DNA of 64,000 nucleotides from Octopus vulgaris (GCA_951406725.2 OX597837.1:6014001-6078000), one strand, 5' to 3'. Shown: positions 14,369 through 33,594, numbered from the stretch's first letter. The notes: a model not told the origin generated them from the sequence alone. Program-made: numbers and translations.

Positions 14369-15998
14369 GCTAACGTTAACCTTAACCAGCAGAATGTCAT
14401 AAAAGAACTAGACCCAGGGAAGAGCTACAAGTACCTAGGGGTAATTGAAGGGAACGGAATAAGGCATTCAGAGATGAAGGAAAGGATCAGGAGAGAATGC
14501 TATCGAAGAGTGAGAGCAATACTCAAGACAGAGCTGAATGCAAGAAACAAGATCGAAGCGATCAATGCATTAGCCATACCAGTCGTGACTTACAGTTTCA
14601 ATATTGTTAACTGGTCAATTACTGAAACATGTCAGCTCGACAGAAAAATAAGGAAACTGTTGACAATGCATAGAATGCAGCACCCTAAGGCAGATACAGA
14701 ACGACTCTGCCAAGAAAAGAGGGAGGCCGTGGTCTTTTACAACTGGCAATAACAATGAAGATTGCTACAATTGGCCTAGACACCTACCTGAAAAACTCTG
14801 AGGACTGGATGTTAAAACTTGTCTCAAAACATGAAAACAAGAAAGCATCATACTCAGTCACAAAACAGGCAAAGGAATATCTAAGTGAATTCCGAATACA
14901 ACCAATTTCGGAATTAGAGATAGACATACAAGAAACAAGCACAGAAAAAAGCTAGGCGCATGAAAACCCGTGCCAAAACTGCGGCCTTAGATATTCTGAA
15001 TGATAAATGGCAAGAAAAACCTCTCTATGGCAAATACCCAAAGAGAGCGAATAATGCAGATATCGACAAAGCCCTGACCCATCAATGGCTAATGGCCTCT
15101 GGCTTAAAATCTGAAACAGAGGGGTTTATCATAGCAGCTCAAGATCAATGCCTACCAACAAGAAACTACCAGGCCAACATATTAAAGATCAGAAGCAGTC
15201 CAACGTGTCGTGTATGCCAGCAACAAAATGAAACCATTGACCATGCGGTCTCCAGGTGCAGTCTTCTAGCGCCTACAGAGCATCTCAACAGACACGATAG
15301 AGCTGCACAATATATTCACTGGGTAATCTGCAAAAACCTGGATTTGCCCCATGAAAAAAACTGGTGGGAACACAAACCACCCCCAGTGCTTGAAAATGAC
15401 CACATCTCACTCCTCTGGAACTTCACCATTCAAACTGACAGAAAGATAGATGCAAATAGGCCAGACATCATATTGAAAGACTTCAAACAAAGAACATGCC
15501 TCCTCATTGATATGACTGTCCCAATCGATATAAACGTATCTGTCAAGACCTACCAAAAACTGAGCAAATATAAAGATCTTGAAATAGAAATCAGCAAAAT
15601 GTGGAAGCTGAAGACTAAAGCAATACCTGTTGTCATAGGTGCCCTGGGAATGATAGCGAAAGGGACTGATTGCTACCTAACTCAGATACCAGGAAACACT
15701 AACATGGCAGAAATTCAAAAGAAGTGCTCATGGGAACTGCTCATATCCTACGCAAAATACTCTCTATGTAATCCCAAGGTTTAAAACAAACTTTTTTTAA
15801 ATTTATTTATTTATTTATTTATTTATTTATTTTTTTTTTATTTTATTTTTTTTTTTTATGTATTAGACATTCACTAGTACAACACCAAAAAAAAAAAACC
15901 CAAATATATGACACAGAACTTCCAACCTGTTGTCTCTTGAGGTCTCTGGGTGAGACTTGGAGCAAACTTGTACAGACATAAAGCAAAAGTCAAAGATA

Positions 15999-16000
<2 letters not shown>
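14367..16000 (+). mobile_element. 5'-truncated R4/Dong-clade non-LTR retrotransposon (RT C-terminus, CCHC finger, restriction-like endonuclease, 3' UTR), frameshifted
   Basis: ORF pieces 14264-15784 give YKYLGV (RT), AAQDQCL, CRVC-x8-H-x4-C, RHD, RPDII, IDMTVP, KLSKYKDL and PVVIGALG, typical of RLE-type elements. Both flanks are (TAA)n. Confidence 0.92.
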
Positions 16001-18902
<2,902 letters not shown>

Positions 18903-19518
18903 AATACTAATAATAGTAATAATAACAACAACAACAACAATAATGATAATAATAATAACAGCCGTTTCTTTAGTTTTTATAATAGTTTCTTTAAGAATTT
19001 TAAATCCCAGAGCAATTGATTGAAGGACCTCGTGAAATGTAATTGATGACAAAAGGAGAAAGGAAAAAACAAAAGGAAATGAAGAAAAAAAAGAAGCGAA
19101 AGAGTGAAGAGAGCGACAGAGAGAAAAAAAATGAGAAGCACAAATGTTGTGATGTTTCGATGCAATAATATAAGTTAGATTTCTATGTAGTTGTTGTTGT
19201 TGCTATTTTTCTGTGGATGACAAGAGAGTGGTGATTGAGAATCTTCTGCGAGTGTCCTAATAATTTAGACGACTGGCGCCATCCAACATTTAAAGAAAAT
19301 AACATCGGTTAATGTTGCTGCGGATGATGACTATAAACGAATGATGGTGATGCTGAAGGTGGTGGTGGTGGTGGTGGAGACGATGTTGATGGTTATGATA
19401 CAAAGAGACAAAACAGTCGGAAAATTGAAACAAAACATCACACATACCCAAGATGCGAGAAACTGGGTTCGCTTGTTCAGTGACAGCTCAAAATAAAAAT
19501 GATAAAAACTACATCAAC

Positions 19519-19625
<107 letters not shown>

Positions 19626-19653
19626 AATGATGATGATGATGATGATGATGATG

Positions 19654-19717
<64 letters not shown>

Positions 19718-19722
19718 TAATA

Positions 19723-20980
19723 AAACGACTTTATCTGCCAAGAAAAGAGGGAGGCCGTGGACTCTTACAACTGGCAATAACAATGAAGATTGCTACAATT
19801 GGCCTAGACACCTACCTGAAAAACTCTGAGGACTGGATGTTAAAACTTGTCTCAAAACATGAAAACAAGAAAGCATCATATTCAGTAACAAAACAGGCAA
19901 AGGAGTATCTAAGTGAATTCCAAATACAACAAATTTCGGAATTAGAGATAGACATACAAGAAACAAGCACAGAAAAAGCTAAGCGCATGAAAACTCGTGC
20001 TAAAATTGCGGCCTTAGATATTCTGAATGATAAATGGTAAGAAAAACCTCTCTATGGCAAATACCCAAAGAGAACGAATAATGCAAATGTTGACAAAGCC
20101 CTGACCCATCAATGGCTAATGGCCTCTGGCTTAAAATCTGAAACAGAGCGATTTATCATAGCAGCTCAAGATCAATGCCTGCCAACAAGAAACTACCAGG
20201 CCAACATATTAAAGAACGGCAGTAGCCCAACATGTCGTGTATGTCAACAACAAAATGAAACAATTGATCATGCTGTCTCCAGGTGCAGTCTTCTAGCGCC
20301 TACAGAGTATCTCAGCAGGCATGATAGAGCTGCAAAATATATTCACTGGGTAATTTGCAAAAACCTGGATTTGCCCCATGAAAAAAACTGGTGGGAACAC
20401 AAACCACCTCCAGTACTTGAATATGACCACATCTCACTCCTCTGGAACTTCACTATTAAAACTGACAGAAAGATCGATGCGAATAGGCCAGACATCATAT
20501 TGAAAGACTTCAGACAAAGAACATGCCTCCTCATTGATATGACTGTCCCAATCGATATAAACATATCTGTCAAGACCTACCAAAAACTGAGTAAATATAG
20601 AGATCTTGAAATAGAAATCAGCAAAATGTGGAACCTGAAGACTAAAACAATACCTGTTGTCATAGGTGCCCTGGGAATGATAGTGAAAGGGGCTGATTGC
20701 TACCTAACTCAGATACCAGGAAACCCCAAAATGGCAGAAATTCAAAAGATAGTGCTCATGGGAACTGCTCATATCCTACGCAAAATACTCTCTATGTAAT
20801 CTCAAGGTTTAAAACAAACATTTTTTTTTAGACATTCACTAGTACAACACCAAAAAAACCCCAAATATATGGCACTCTAGGCATATCAACAACGTGAACT
20901 TCCAACCTGTTGTCTCTTGAGGTCTCTGGGTGAGACTTGGAGCCAACTTGTACAAATATAAAGTAAAAGTCAAACATATA
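19723..20980 (+). mobile_element. Second, more truncated copy of the same R4/Dong family
   Basis: Highly similar to 14700-16000. Reads RLYLPRKEGGRGL...CCHC...RPDII...ILRKILSM*, with a premature stop at 20038-20040. Flanked by (TAA)n on both sides. Confidence 0.92.
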
Positions 20981-21059
20981 ATAATAATAATAATAATAAT
21001 AATCCTTTCTACTGAAGGCACGACGTCTGAAATTTTTTGGGGGGGATGAAGTGGGGTAT

Positions 21060-21228
21060 GATTCAATTACATCGACCTCAGTGTTTCACTGGTAATTAAT
21101 TAATCAAATCCGAAAGGATGAAAGGCAAAGTCGACCTCGGTGGAATCTGTACTCACAACGATGTGACAGGCGAAATACCGCTAAGCATTTCGTTCAGCGC
21201 AGTAATGATTCTGCCAGCTCGCCGCCTT
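21060..21228 (-). mobile_element. SINE family C
   Basis: Same head and core on the minus strand. Confidence 0.7.
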
Positions 21229-21289
21229 AACAACAACAACAACAACAACAACATTAATACTAATAATAATAACAATAATAGCGGTGATG

Positions 21290-22150
21290 GCGATGTTGAC
21301 GAACGTTACCTTACCTCAGCTTCAGAGAGACAAGCGCTTGCGTAGAATCTCTGGACATAACAGCGAAAATAATGTGACCTATAAGGGAAGGCCTCTTGCT
21401 GGGCAGTGGTTCAGTAAAGATTCAGACTGATCACAGCGTATCATAGAAGTAGCAGGTAAGCTTTACAGATATCAGAAAAGAACAGATCAGTATCAACACA
21501 ATAGATTATTTTAGACAGACCGGAAAAGATATTATAACAACAACAAAAAAGTGGAAAAGAAAGTACCGAAGATGCGAAAACTAATGCAGAAGAAGCTAGA
21601 AAGTTCTGGAGTAATATTTGGAGTAAGTCAGTCACTCACAGTGGAGATGCAATATGGTTAAAGAAAGCACTAACGAGTGAGAAACAACTACACTGGCGAA
21701 AATAAATTTAAGACCGATGATAAAAGTTCTATTTCTTACAAAATATTTTGTTACTAACACCATACATACTATTTTTATCTTTTACACCTTATGCAGAATT
21801 TATTTCTCTTTCGAATAATGCAGACAATAACTATTTTTATACAGCTTGAAGAATTCTAAAGCTAAATAGAAGGCCTAATTTAGTAGTAGTGGATGAAACG
21901 AATAGAAATTGCCAGAAAATGGACCTTAAAGTCTTAAATGATGAAAACATCAATATGAGGTACAGAAAAAAATAGCAAAGTACTAGGACCTAGCCATTGA
22001 ATCACAGAGACTATGGAAAGTTCGGGTAAAATGTACCCCAGTAATTATAGGCGGATTAGGAACTATCCCTAAAAATCTGAACAGATGGATAGAAGAAATA
22101 GGCATAAAACCTAACTTTGTATAGATTCAGAAAACAGTGTTATTAGGGGC
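21290..22150 (+). mobile_element. Old degenerate R4/Dong-like relic of a different subfamily
   Basis: Manual translation gives EEARKFWSNIWSKSVTHSGDAIWLKK, NRRPNLVVVDETNRNC and VIIGGLGTIPKNLNRWIEEIGIKPNFV*IQKTVLLG. Confidence 0.7.
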
Positions 22151-23470
22151 CGGGCGTAGCTGTCATGTGGAGCTACTTGGAATGTTTATTATCAAGAGTA
22201 AGAAGAATCCGACAGCCATATGGTTTCGCTTTGTCTGGTGGCTATCGCCAAAGAGATTGTATTTTGAAAGCGTCTGGAGAAGATCGAGAAGAGTAAGAAC
22301 TGTTAAATTCCTGCCAGTTCCCAGGGCTGAAATTTTATTTGTACATTCGTCAGAATTATGAGCCTGAAATTTTGTATGTGTTCATTTCTTGTTTCATATC
22401 CTGGCAGCAACATTACTTTTCGGTTCACATAACAAGTAGTTTGCCCAGCTTCTTGCATCATGGCAATCTTGGGATGAAGTGCAAGAACGGAATAACCGTC
22501 AGCGAGGCCTGTCCGAGATGACCGCTGAATGAATATTAAGCATATTCTCGTTCAATGTCCAGTCGTGACTCACTTGTCAAGTTTCGTAGAACAGTTGGTG
22601 CCACGCATAAGATAAATGCAGATATTGGCCAAAATTGAACTACCATTTTGTTTAGTCGGGACGGGAAGAGCCGGCCTGGAAGGGCAAGCGGTTTTTCTCT
22701 CTCTAATGACTACGGAGAAAAATTATTTTAAATTTCCAGACAGTTCGTGATGTCGTCAGGACCAGAGAAGAAGCCGGCTCTACCCGCCTTGGGTGAACGT
22801 CGTCACAAGTACAAGTATAATTATCGATAGTGTATTGAACCCACGGTTTTCTTCGGCACTAATTCGGGTTATGTCCCGTAAATGAATAAAAACTGGGATT
22901 AGGTTATTAGTAAGGTGGCCACCCACCCGGAAATTGACTGAGAAACTATGTCTCGGGCGTAGAACGCGTGTATTATCTCTAATACTTATTTACCGGCCAC
23001 CAGTCGTGTTTCTTTGTCCATTCACACAACACTTTGCTTCGAAGGACTTATGACTCAGTGACTATGAGCAAGTTCTAGGGATGCCAGACGTGGCAATGCT
23101 ACCAATAGATGATGAGGTTTTGACGATAAGCTTCATAGGCAGGAAAATGCCGTCTGTTAGGCCTATCACACACGTAAGCTAAATAATGAAACCATTCTTC
23201 GCATACTCGATTCAGTGTCCAGGCGTAGCTGTCATGTGGAACGACTTTGAATGTTCACTATCAAGAATAGGAAGAATCCGGCGGTCGTATGAGTTTTTTT
23301 TTTATATAAAGATAGTTTCGCTGACCCCGGTTTTAACAGGGGAGGATGCAGTTAATTTCATTTTGTCTGGTGGCTATCGCCAAAGAAATTGCTTCAGAAG
23401 ATCGAGGCGAGTGAGAAATGTTTCTCTCCGATGAAGCCCTTATCGAAATTCTTCCATTTCTATAATAAAG
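22150..23470 (+). mobile_element. Degenerate L1/Tx1-like ORF2 3' relics (repeated zf-RVT pieces)
   Basis: Fragments NGITVSEACPR, HILVQCP, TWQCYQ, IQCPGVAVMW...LSRIGRI and LVAIAKE match the 27780-28301 protein. Segments 22150-22300 and 23220-23430 are diverged copies of each other. Confidence 0.6.
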
Positions 23471-23508
23471 TGAGGGAAAGTGGAGTGGAGCATATATATA
23501 TATATGTG

Positions 23509-23563
<55 letters not shown>

Positions 23564-23632
23564 ATATATATATATATATGCATATACATATATATATATA
23601 TATCTATATATATACATACAAATATATATACT

Positions 23633-23679
<47 letters not shown>

Positions 23680-23711
23680 GCATACATACATATATGTATA
23701 TATATATATAT

Positions 23712-23742
<31 letters not shown>

Positions 23743-23998
23743 CTTATATATACACATATGTTCGTGCATGCTTTGTATATAATGTACATATATATATTTA
23801 TATTTTTGTGTGTGTATACGTACTGAAGCACGCACAAGGACAGACGCATATGTATATGCACACACATATACACACACATACACACACACATATATATATG
23901 CACATATAAATATGTATATATATGTGTATATATGTGCATGTATATATGCGTGTGTATATATATAAATATATATGTCTATATATGTGTGTATATATGTG

Positions 23999-24050
<52 letters not shown>

Positions 24051-24807
24051 TCAATGTATGCATATATACTCACATATAAGAACACACAAACGCTGAAATA
24101 CAGACGCACACAGAGACACGCATACCACTCTCCAACCGTTCTCCCAGGTACCCTTCTCCCACGCATCCTTCTTCCCCCACCTCACACTGAAACAAACATA
24201 CCATCCAAATCGCAACTACACACACACAGATGATCACTCGCACACACATACACATACATACACATGCATACTCATACATTCACACACGCTAACCTCCCAC
24301 CCTTACCTCTTTCTCCCTCCCACCACAGATGTTTACTTTGATCATTTTTTTTTTTTCATTTTTTTCTTCTGCCAAAGTCATGATACATGAACGACTTAAT
24401 CGTGAGGATCTAGAACCAACGAAAATAAAAACCAAAAACCAAAAACCTAAAACCAAACTCACCGCCAACAAAAAAAAGAACATTTACTATGTTTCTTCTT
24501 TTGATCTTTCGAAGTTACTTTTATGTTTTTATTTATTTATTTATTTATTTATTTTTTGGTTACCAATCTTCCATTCCGGAGTTCTTCCGTGCATGTTTCT
24601 TCTGGATCCTATCTGCTCATAGTTTGTCTTCAGATTTATTTCGCTGTTTCTGCATATATTGCCATTGTCTTTATATTTACTTATTTTCCAGGTCTTTATC
24701 TCGAATCCTCCATTTAATATACATACACATATATATAAAGGGCGGTGCTCCAGCATGACCACAGTCAAATGACTTTAACAAGTAAAAGAGTAAAAGAGTA
24801 TATATGT

Positions 24808-25114
24808 GGAGGCGCAATGGTCCAGTGGTTAGGGCAGCGGTCTCGCGGTCGCAGGATCGCGGTTTCGATTCCCAGACCGGGCGTTGTGAGTGTTTATTGA
24901 GCGAAAACACCTAAAGCTCCACGAGGCTCCGGCAGGAGATGGTGGCGATCCCTGCTGTACTTTTCGCCACAACTTTCTCTCACTCTTTCTTCTGTTGGCC
25001 TGCCCGCTTAGCCAGCGGGGTGGGGTCATTTGAAGGCTAGAACAATGCGAAGCGCATTGTGACCAGCGATGTGTAGCAACATCTGATAGCCTGGTCGGTG
25101 ACGGTGACGGTGAC
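24808..25114 (+). mobile_element. tRNA-derived SINE family B (tail type 1)
   Basis: Head ggaggcgcaatggtccagtggttagggcagcgg...ggtttcgattccc with A/B boxes; ends in (ggtgac)n. Confidence 0.85.
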
Positions 25115-25430
25115 ATATATATATACATATGTGTAAATATGTATGTATGTGTATTATTGTTGTTATGTGTTGTATGTCTCTTGTAGTTACTTTTGTATGT
25201 ATGTATGTTGTTGTCGATGATGGTATTCATGGCTGTTGGTTGGTTGGTTGGTTTGTTTGCTGGTTGGATGTTTTGAGCAATTATTGGCAGAAACGTTAGT
25301 GCGTCGTATAAAATACTATGCCTCATTTATTGGAGTTAATTTTCTGAGTTCGAATACTTACCTGCCTAGGTCCACTTTGGCATTCATCGTTCCGAGGTTA
25401 TTAAAAGTGCAAAACGAGTCTTACATGATA

Positions 25431-25612
25431 GATCGTTAGCTCCTACACGTATTTTTTCTCTCCTTGCTTTTTTCTGTGTATCTTTCTGTCGAAGAGCGTA
25501 GGCTCGAAACGTTAAAGACTTTTTCTATTTCTATTCCTGAGCGCTATACTAATACATTTGTTTGTTTGTACTCCACCTGTCTTCGTCTTTTGTTTATTTT
25601 CGTAAACTTACC

Positions 25613-25616
<4 letters not shown>
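25431..25616 (+). mobile_element. Short non-coding hammerhead-bearing repeat (PLE pLTR / retrozyme-like), copy 1
   Basis: Homologous to 33262-33438 and 59144-59320. Contains tcttt-CTGTCGA-agagcgtaggctc-GAAAcgTT-aaaga at 25481-25518 and ends at (TA)n. Confidence 0.7.
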
Positions 25617-25672
<56 letters not shown>

Positions 25673-25694
25673 GCATGTAAGTATGTGTGTGTGT

Positions 25695-26008
25695 GGAGGC
25701 GCAATGGCCCAGTGGTTAGGGCAGCGGACTCGCGATCAGAGGATCGCAGCTTCGATTCCCAAACCGGGCGTTGTGTGTGTTTATTGAGCGAAAACACCTA
25801 AAGCTCCACGAGGCTCCGGCAGGGGGTGGTGGCGACCCCTGTTGTACTCTTTCGCCCCCAACTTTTTCTCACTCTTTTTTCCTGTTTCTTGAGTAACGCT
25901 GCGATGGTCTGGCGTCCCGTCCAGCTAGGGAGCGGGAACACATACACCATAGAAACCGGGAAACCGGGCCCACGAGCCTGGCTAGGCTTGAAAAGGGCGC
26001 ATAAATAA
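25695..26008 (+). mobile_element. SINE family B (tail type 2)
   Basis: Same head; tail ttgagtaacgctgcgatgg...aaaagggcgcataaataaa. Confidence 0.85.
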
Positions 26009-27293
26009 ATATATGTCAATATATATTTATGTATGTATATATGTATATACATATATAAACACATGCATACATACATGTATATGCATACACACATACACAT
26101 ACACAAACGCATACACAGACACACATACATATATATATGTATGTTTATAATTTCTTTGAATGTTCCTTCAACCATACCTATATAATATTTCTTCTCAACT
26201 GCCTCATGGCGTATAATCAAGCTAACTTTGTGCTCATATACGTCCAATTATACGTTGAATGCTTCATATCTTGCCTTACCATGAGTACAAACCCGATACC
26301 AAGTTTAATGAGATTGCTTGTAACAAATATTTTCATGTCTGTAGAAAAATTACTGTGGGTTTTCGTAGAACTTCAGTTGTGAATTTTCCGTTATCCTTGA
26401 TTTGCCGGAAATGCTTATCTAAAAAGCACAGGGTGCAAACCGGAAAATGAAGGAAGGGAGAGATATAGCAAAACGGGTTTGATAGTTAGATTTTATTATG
26501 TATAGTTGAAGGTAAATAATATTTGTAGCGTTAGCAAGAGAGAATGTTGAGAAGTAAGGAGAGAGAGAGAGAGAGAGGCATACACAGACAGGTAGAGAGA
26601 GACAGAAAGTGAGGTAGAAGTAGAGAAAGAAAGACAGACAGAGACAGAGAATGAGGTAGAAGCGGAGAGAGAAAGAGAGAGGGAGGGAGAGGAAGAAACA
26701 GAGAACGAGAAAAGGGTGAGAGAAAGACTGAGAGAGTGAAGGAAAAACAGAATGGTAATATACGGAAGAATGAAACAGAGAAAGACAGAAAGATAGAAAG
26801 AAAGAATTGAAGGATATATGTAAAGGAAAATGAACGAATAAAGATGTAATACAAAGGAAGTAATGAAGAAAGGAAGGAAGCAGGAAGACAAGAGGACTAA
26901 AAGAAAGAAAGAAGAAAAAGAGGGAATATAGATAGAAAGGAAAGAATATGGAAGGAAGTAAAGAAAGAAGAAATAAAGAAAAGAGAGAGAAAAGAAAAAA
27001 CTAAAAGAAAAAAGACTGGAAGAAATAAAGAAGGGAAATAGAAAACAGAAAGAAAGAAGAAAAAGATAGAGAAATGAAAGAAAGCAAGAACGAAAAAAGT
27101 AATGAATTAAAATGAATGATATCAGGAAAGAAGCAATGAAGAGAAAGAAAGAAGGACAGATAGATAGACTGTCAGACAGACAGACAGACACAAATAGACA
27201 GAGAGATAGATAGATAGACAGACAAATGTATAGATAGACACAAATAGATAGACACAAATAGATAGATAGACACAAATAGATAGATAGACACAA

Positions 27294-27380
<87 letters not shown>

Positions 27381-27396
27381 TATAGATAGATAGATA

Positions 27397-28920
<1,524 letters not shown>

Positions 28921-29378
28921 AGAAGCAGACACACGGATGAACGGACAGACAGACAGACAGACTAAGATAGAGACAGGGAGAGAGAGTTGAATATGTAAGC
29001 ATAGCAGGTGATGATGGTAGTGATGGTGGTGATGGTGTTGGTATTGGTGGTAGGGATGGTGTTGGTGCTGGTAGTGGTTGAGGTGGTGGTGCTGGTAGTG
29101 GTTGTGGTGGTGGTGGTAGTAGTAGTAGTGGTGGTGGTGTTGGAGGCAGTAACAGGTGTTGTTGTTGTATTGGTGGTGGTGGTGGTGGTGGTGGTGGTGA
29201 TGGCACAAATGGTGACGGTGATGATGGTGCCGGAATGTGTTTGGAAAGAGTAATGTTTACTTGCTAATTATATAAAAATAACTTTACAAATTAACCGGTT
29301 TCATTAGATTTGTTAATGAGATTTGACTGTGAAATTTCTATTTCAATTACTGAATACTAAATATAAAAGAATGTATAT

Positions 29379-29418
<40 letters not shown>

Positions 29419-29630
29419 CATACAAACGGACACGTGTATATTCAATTATATAGAAATCACACATCAATATACATACATATATATATATATCTGTATATAT
29501 ATCTATATATATATAATATATATATATATACATATTCATATATATATGAATATGTGTGAGTGTGGTTTGTATATAAATATATGATTAAATATGTGTATGT
29601 GTGCGTGTGTATGTTTATCTCCCTATATAT

Positions 29631-29843
<213 letters not shown>

Positions 29844-30124
29844 TACCATATCTCTATAAATACATGTATATACATACGCACGCACATATATGTATCTGTA
29901 CATTACCTGCAAATATGTATATATTCATATAAATGGGAACATACACAATGAAACAAACAGGAATGCTACAAAAGCGCCTACATATTTAAGCATACACCTG
30001 CAAGCATACACCTGCATATACGCAGTAATGTATATTTATTCATAATATACATCCTTATACATTGTATAATTACAAATTTAGTTTTGTCGTACAACACACA
30101 CACTCATATATACATACATACATA

Positions 30125-30155
<31 letters not shown>

Positions 30156-30203
30156 TATAGTCAAACTATATGGTTTCAACTTATTTATAACTTTAAATGT
30201 ATG

Positions 30204-30238
<35 letters not shown>

Positions 30239-30359
30239 ACATAGATAGATATATGTATATATATATATGCATGTATGTATGTATGTATATATATATATAT
30301 ATAAATACATACATATATATATGTATATATATATGTATATATATACACACACACACACA

Positions 30360-30403
<44 letters not shown>

Positions 30404-30921
30404 CATACATATATATATGTATATATATACATATATATACATAGGAACATGTATATACATATCTATCTACCCAGCTCTCTCTCCCTCCCTGAATATATAT
30501 ATTTATTATATATAATTCATGTATGTATACATATAAACATAGACACATAATTTAAACTTATTGTTTATACATAAGCCACACATGTAAGAGAAGATGGCAA
30601 AATATATGTGTATATATTCTGTTAACGTTGAAGAAGACCAACAACTACTTGAGACTTTTGACTAATAGGCTTTTCATCGTAGGAATACAATGTTAATTCT
30701 TTGCATTACTGACTTCCGCTTCTCCTGCTACCATGTCTGACATTTAAATAGAAGTATAACACTTAAGTTTTGAAATCCCGCATGATCATTGAAAAATATT
30801 TTATTTGTTACCCAGAGTTATATCTGAAAGAGTATCTGTGAAGGTTGTATCTGGTTTTCAGCGTGTTAGGTGTGAGTCCAATACACATCATTGGTAGATT
30901 TTTGTTCGAGTAGATAGAATT

Positions 30922-31150
30922 AAGCGGCAAGCTGGCAGAAATGTTAGCACGCCTGGCGAAATGCTTAGCGGTATTTCGTCTGTTTTTACGTTCTGAGTTC
31001 AAATTCCGCCGAGGTCGACTTTGTTTTCATCATTTCGGGGTCGATAAATTAAGTACCAGTTACGCACTGGGGTCGATATAATCGACTTAATCCCTTTGTC
31101 TGTCCTTGTTTGTCCCTCTATGTTTAGCCCCTTGTAGGCAATAAAAGAAA
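30922..31150 (+). mobile_element. SINE family C, single unit
   Basis: Head + core + tail ending taaaagaaat. Confidence 0.8.
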
Positions 31151-31414
31151 TTAGGATTAAGCGGGTATGAAGTAGGATTATGTTACAAACGTTATAAAAT
31201 GTTAAATCCAAGATGAGTAGCAATATTTCGGTGGATCGGTTTGACTATCGTGGGTAGAGAATGGGTTGGATAAGACTAAGACTAAGTAGTACATGAAGTA
31301 GTTTGAAGTTTTAATGTGGGTGGCTACAGGATGTTTAATATGTAAAGGAAATGACCGTGAGAATGGATGTCTAGGGAGTCTCTAAAAATATTGAGAGAGG
31401 CGCTCGATGGATGC

Positions 31415-32010
31415 ATGGCATAACATTTATCATGCGAGAAAAATGTGAAGACAGACAAGGACGCAGTGGATAGGTACATAGATGTTTTCTTGAGAGGAAA
31501 ATGTGAAGACAGACAAGGAAGCAGTGGATATCTACATAGATATTTTGATGAGAGGAAAATGTGAAGACAGGCACGGAGACAGTGGATAGCTATATAGATA
31601 TTTTCATGAGAGGAAAATGTGAAGACAGACGAAGGTGGTGGATAGATACATAGATGTTTTCGTGAGAGGAAAATGTGAAGACGGACAAGGAGGCAGTAGA
31701 TAGCAACATAGATGTTTTGGTGAGAGGAAAATGTGAAGACAGACAAGGAAGGAGTGGATAGCTACATAGATGTTATCATGAGAGGAAAATGTGAAGACAG
31801 ACGGAGGTAGTGGATAGCTTTATAGATGTTTTCATGAGTGAAAAATGTGAAGACAGACATGGAGGTAGTGGATAGCTACTTAGCTTTTGATAAAAGGAAA
31901 ATGTGAAGACAGGGGCGGAGGCAGTGGATAGCTTCATAGATGTTTTGATGAGAGGAAAATGTCAAAACAGAGACAGATACAGTGTATAGCTACATAGATT
32001 TGTCCTGAGA
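31415..32010 (+). repeat. Minisatellite, ~10 x 56-58 bp
   Basis: Unit approx. gagaggaaaatgtgaagacagacaaggaggcagtggatagctacatagatgttttcat, recurring at 56-58-bp spacing. Confidence 0.92.
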
Positions 32011-33261
32011 GGAGATAGAATAGCGTTGAAAGTGGTGGGTGATCACATGGGCTCTTAATGAGTAGAGATAGTGACACAGGCAAAGGGTAGGTACATGCAC
32101 TTTTAATGTGCAAAGACAGTGATGGAATCTGTGGGTGGCTTGGCTACTTGGCGTTTTAATGTTTGGAGACAATGATAAGCGTCGTGGGTGACTACATGTT
32201 CTTTGAATGCTTGGAGGAAGCAACAGAGATGCTGGATGGCTTCATATTCTTTTAATGCGATGAGACAGCGACGGTGTCGGTGGGGGCATCACGGAGTCTT
32301 TAATGTTAGTAGAAGGTGATGGGTGACCGCATATTCTTTTAATGTAGGGGGGGGGAGTGACTGACTGGGGGCGGGCTGGATGGTTTCATGGTCATTTAAC
32401 GAATGATATCTCTCTCCAAAGTATAGAATTAATGAGCGGAAAAAAGCGTGTATTAAAGCTAAAGTACTTGTTTTCCCGCGCTGTCGTAGTCATCGTCGTC
32501 GTTAGTGTTGTTGTTACTGTTGTTGTACAATAAAATATAAATCGATGTTCATTGATTTTTTTTCCCTTTTGTTATTCTATTGTATTTTCATCTCATTGTT
32601 TTTGTTGATGTTGTTGTTATTGTTTCCATCTATTTGTCGGTAAAGTTACCAGCCGTGACAATAAACAGCCACTCTACTAAGTTCTTCAGTTCCACTAGAA
32701 ATAAAATGGATTTTTTTTCCTATTATTTTCTCACATTTCTTGGTATTTTAATTATATTTTCATAGCAATTTTGTTATATATATATATATTTTGTTCATTA
32801 ATGTGGCATTTTAAAGTAATTTTTTCATATTTATAATCTTATTTATTTGAAAGAGTTTTGTATTCAAGTAGACTGGTGCGACGTATAGTTTTGTTTTTGT
32901 TACTATTGTTAATGATGCCATTGCTTAGCAACACGTTGGCTCGAACTGAGTCGATCTCTATGAGAAAATTATTCCAGATGTGATTATCATGGCTTTAAAT
33001 TTTTAAGAATACATTACCATTGAGTACATTATATCCGATATATTATTCCAATTTTTAATACGGTACAATGTGGTTTGAAGCAGATGTGGCTGCTGTTTCT
33101 AGCTGAACAAGGGACTGCATAAAATATACTCTTTTAGTTCGTGGTTCCTCTGTAAATGTCTGTTGACTTCTTAATTTGTATAGTTTTTCCTGTGATGGCT
33201 ACACAAAAGAGAACTTTCCATGAGTGATTAAATTTCTCTATAGAGGATATGTCACCATTAT

Positions 33262-33435
33262 AGATCGTTAGCCATTGCACACATTTTTTCTCTCCTTGTT
33301 TCTTTCCTTGTTTTCTGTGTCCCTTTCTGTAGAAGAGCCTAGGCTCGAACGTAAAATACTTTTTCTATTCCTGAGAGTTATACTAATACATCTGTTTGTT
33401 TTGTACACCACCTGTCTTTACCTTTTGTTTTTTTC

Positions 33436-33438
<3 letters not shown>
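33262..33438 (+). mobile_element. Short hammerhead-bearing repeat, copy 2
   Basis: Same family. Motif cttt-CTGTAGA-agagcctaggctc-GAAcgTA at 33322-33357 (one core A missing). Ends at (TA)n. Confidence 0.7.
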
Positions 33439-33477
<39 letters not shown>

Positions 33478-33505
33478 ACATAAGCAACAAGGATACCCAG
33501 AGGTA

Positions 33506-33594
33506 ATGCAGTACGATCGTTTCATGCGACTCCATTTAACTGAATAATGGAGATATTACATCAATTTAAAATATAGAGCAATCTTCAGCTGCAT
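33506..33594 (-). ncRNA. Canonical type-I hammerhead ribozyme motif
   Basis: Minus strand atgcag-CTGAAGA-[ttgctctat...atggagtcgcat]-GAAA-cgatcg-TA-ctgcat: 6-bp stem I, palindromic stem III ACGATCGT. Confidence 0.8.

Noticed and set aside
22150-23430. LTR pair flanking an internal region
   Set aside because: The repeated segments translate to L1/Tx1 ORF2 C-terminal motifs; there are no TG..CA ends, PBS or PPT.
24808-24880. tRNA gene
   Set aside because: The tRNA-like A/B boxes continue into a shared SINE body in several copies, so this is a SINE head.
31415-32010. CRISPR-like periodic array
   Set aside because: The whole unit repeats with no unique spacers, there are no cas genes, and the context is eukaryotic. 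It is a minisatellite.
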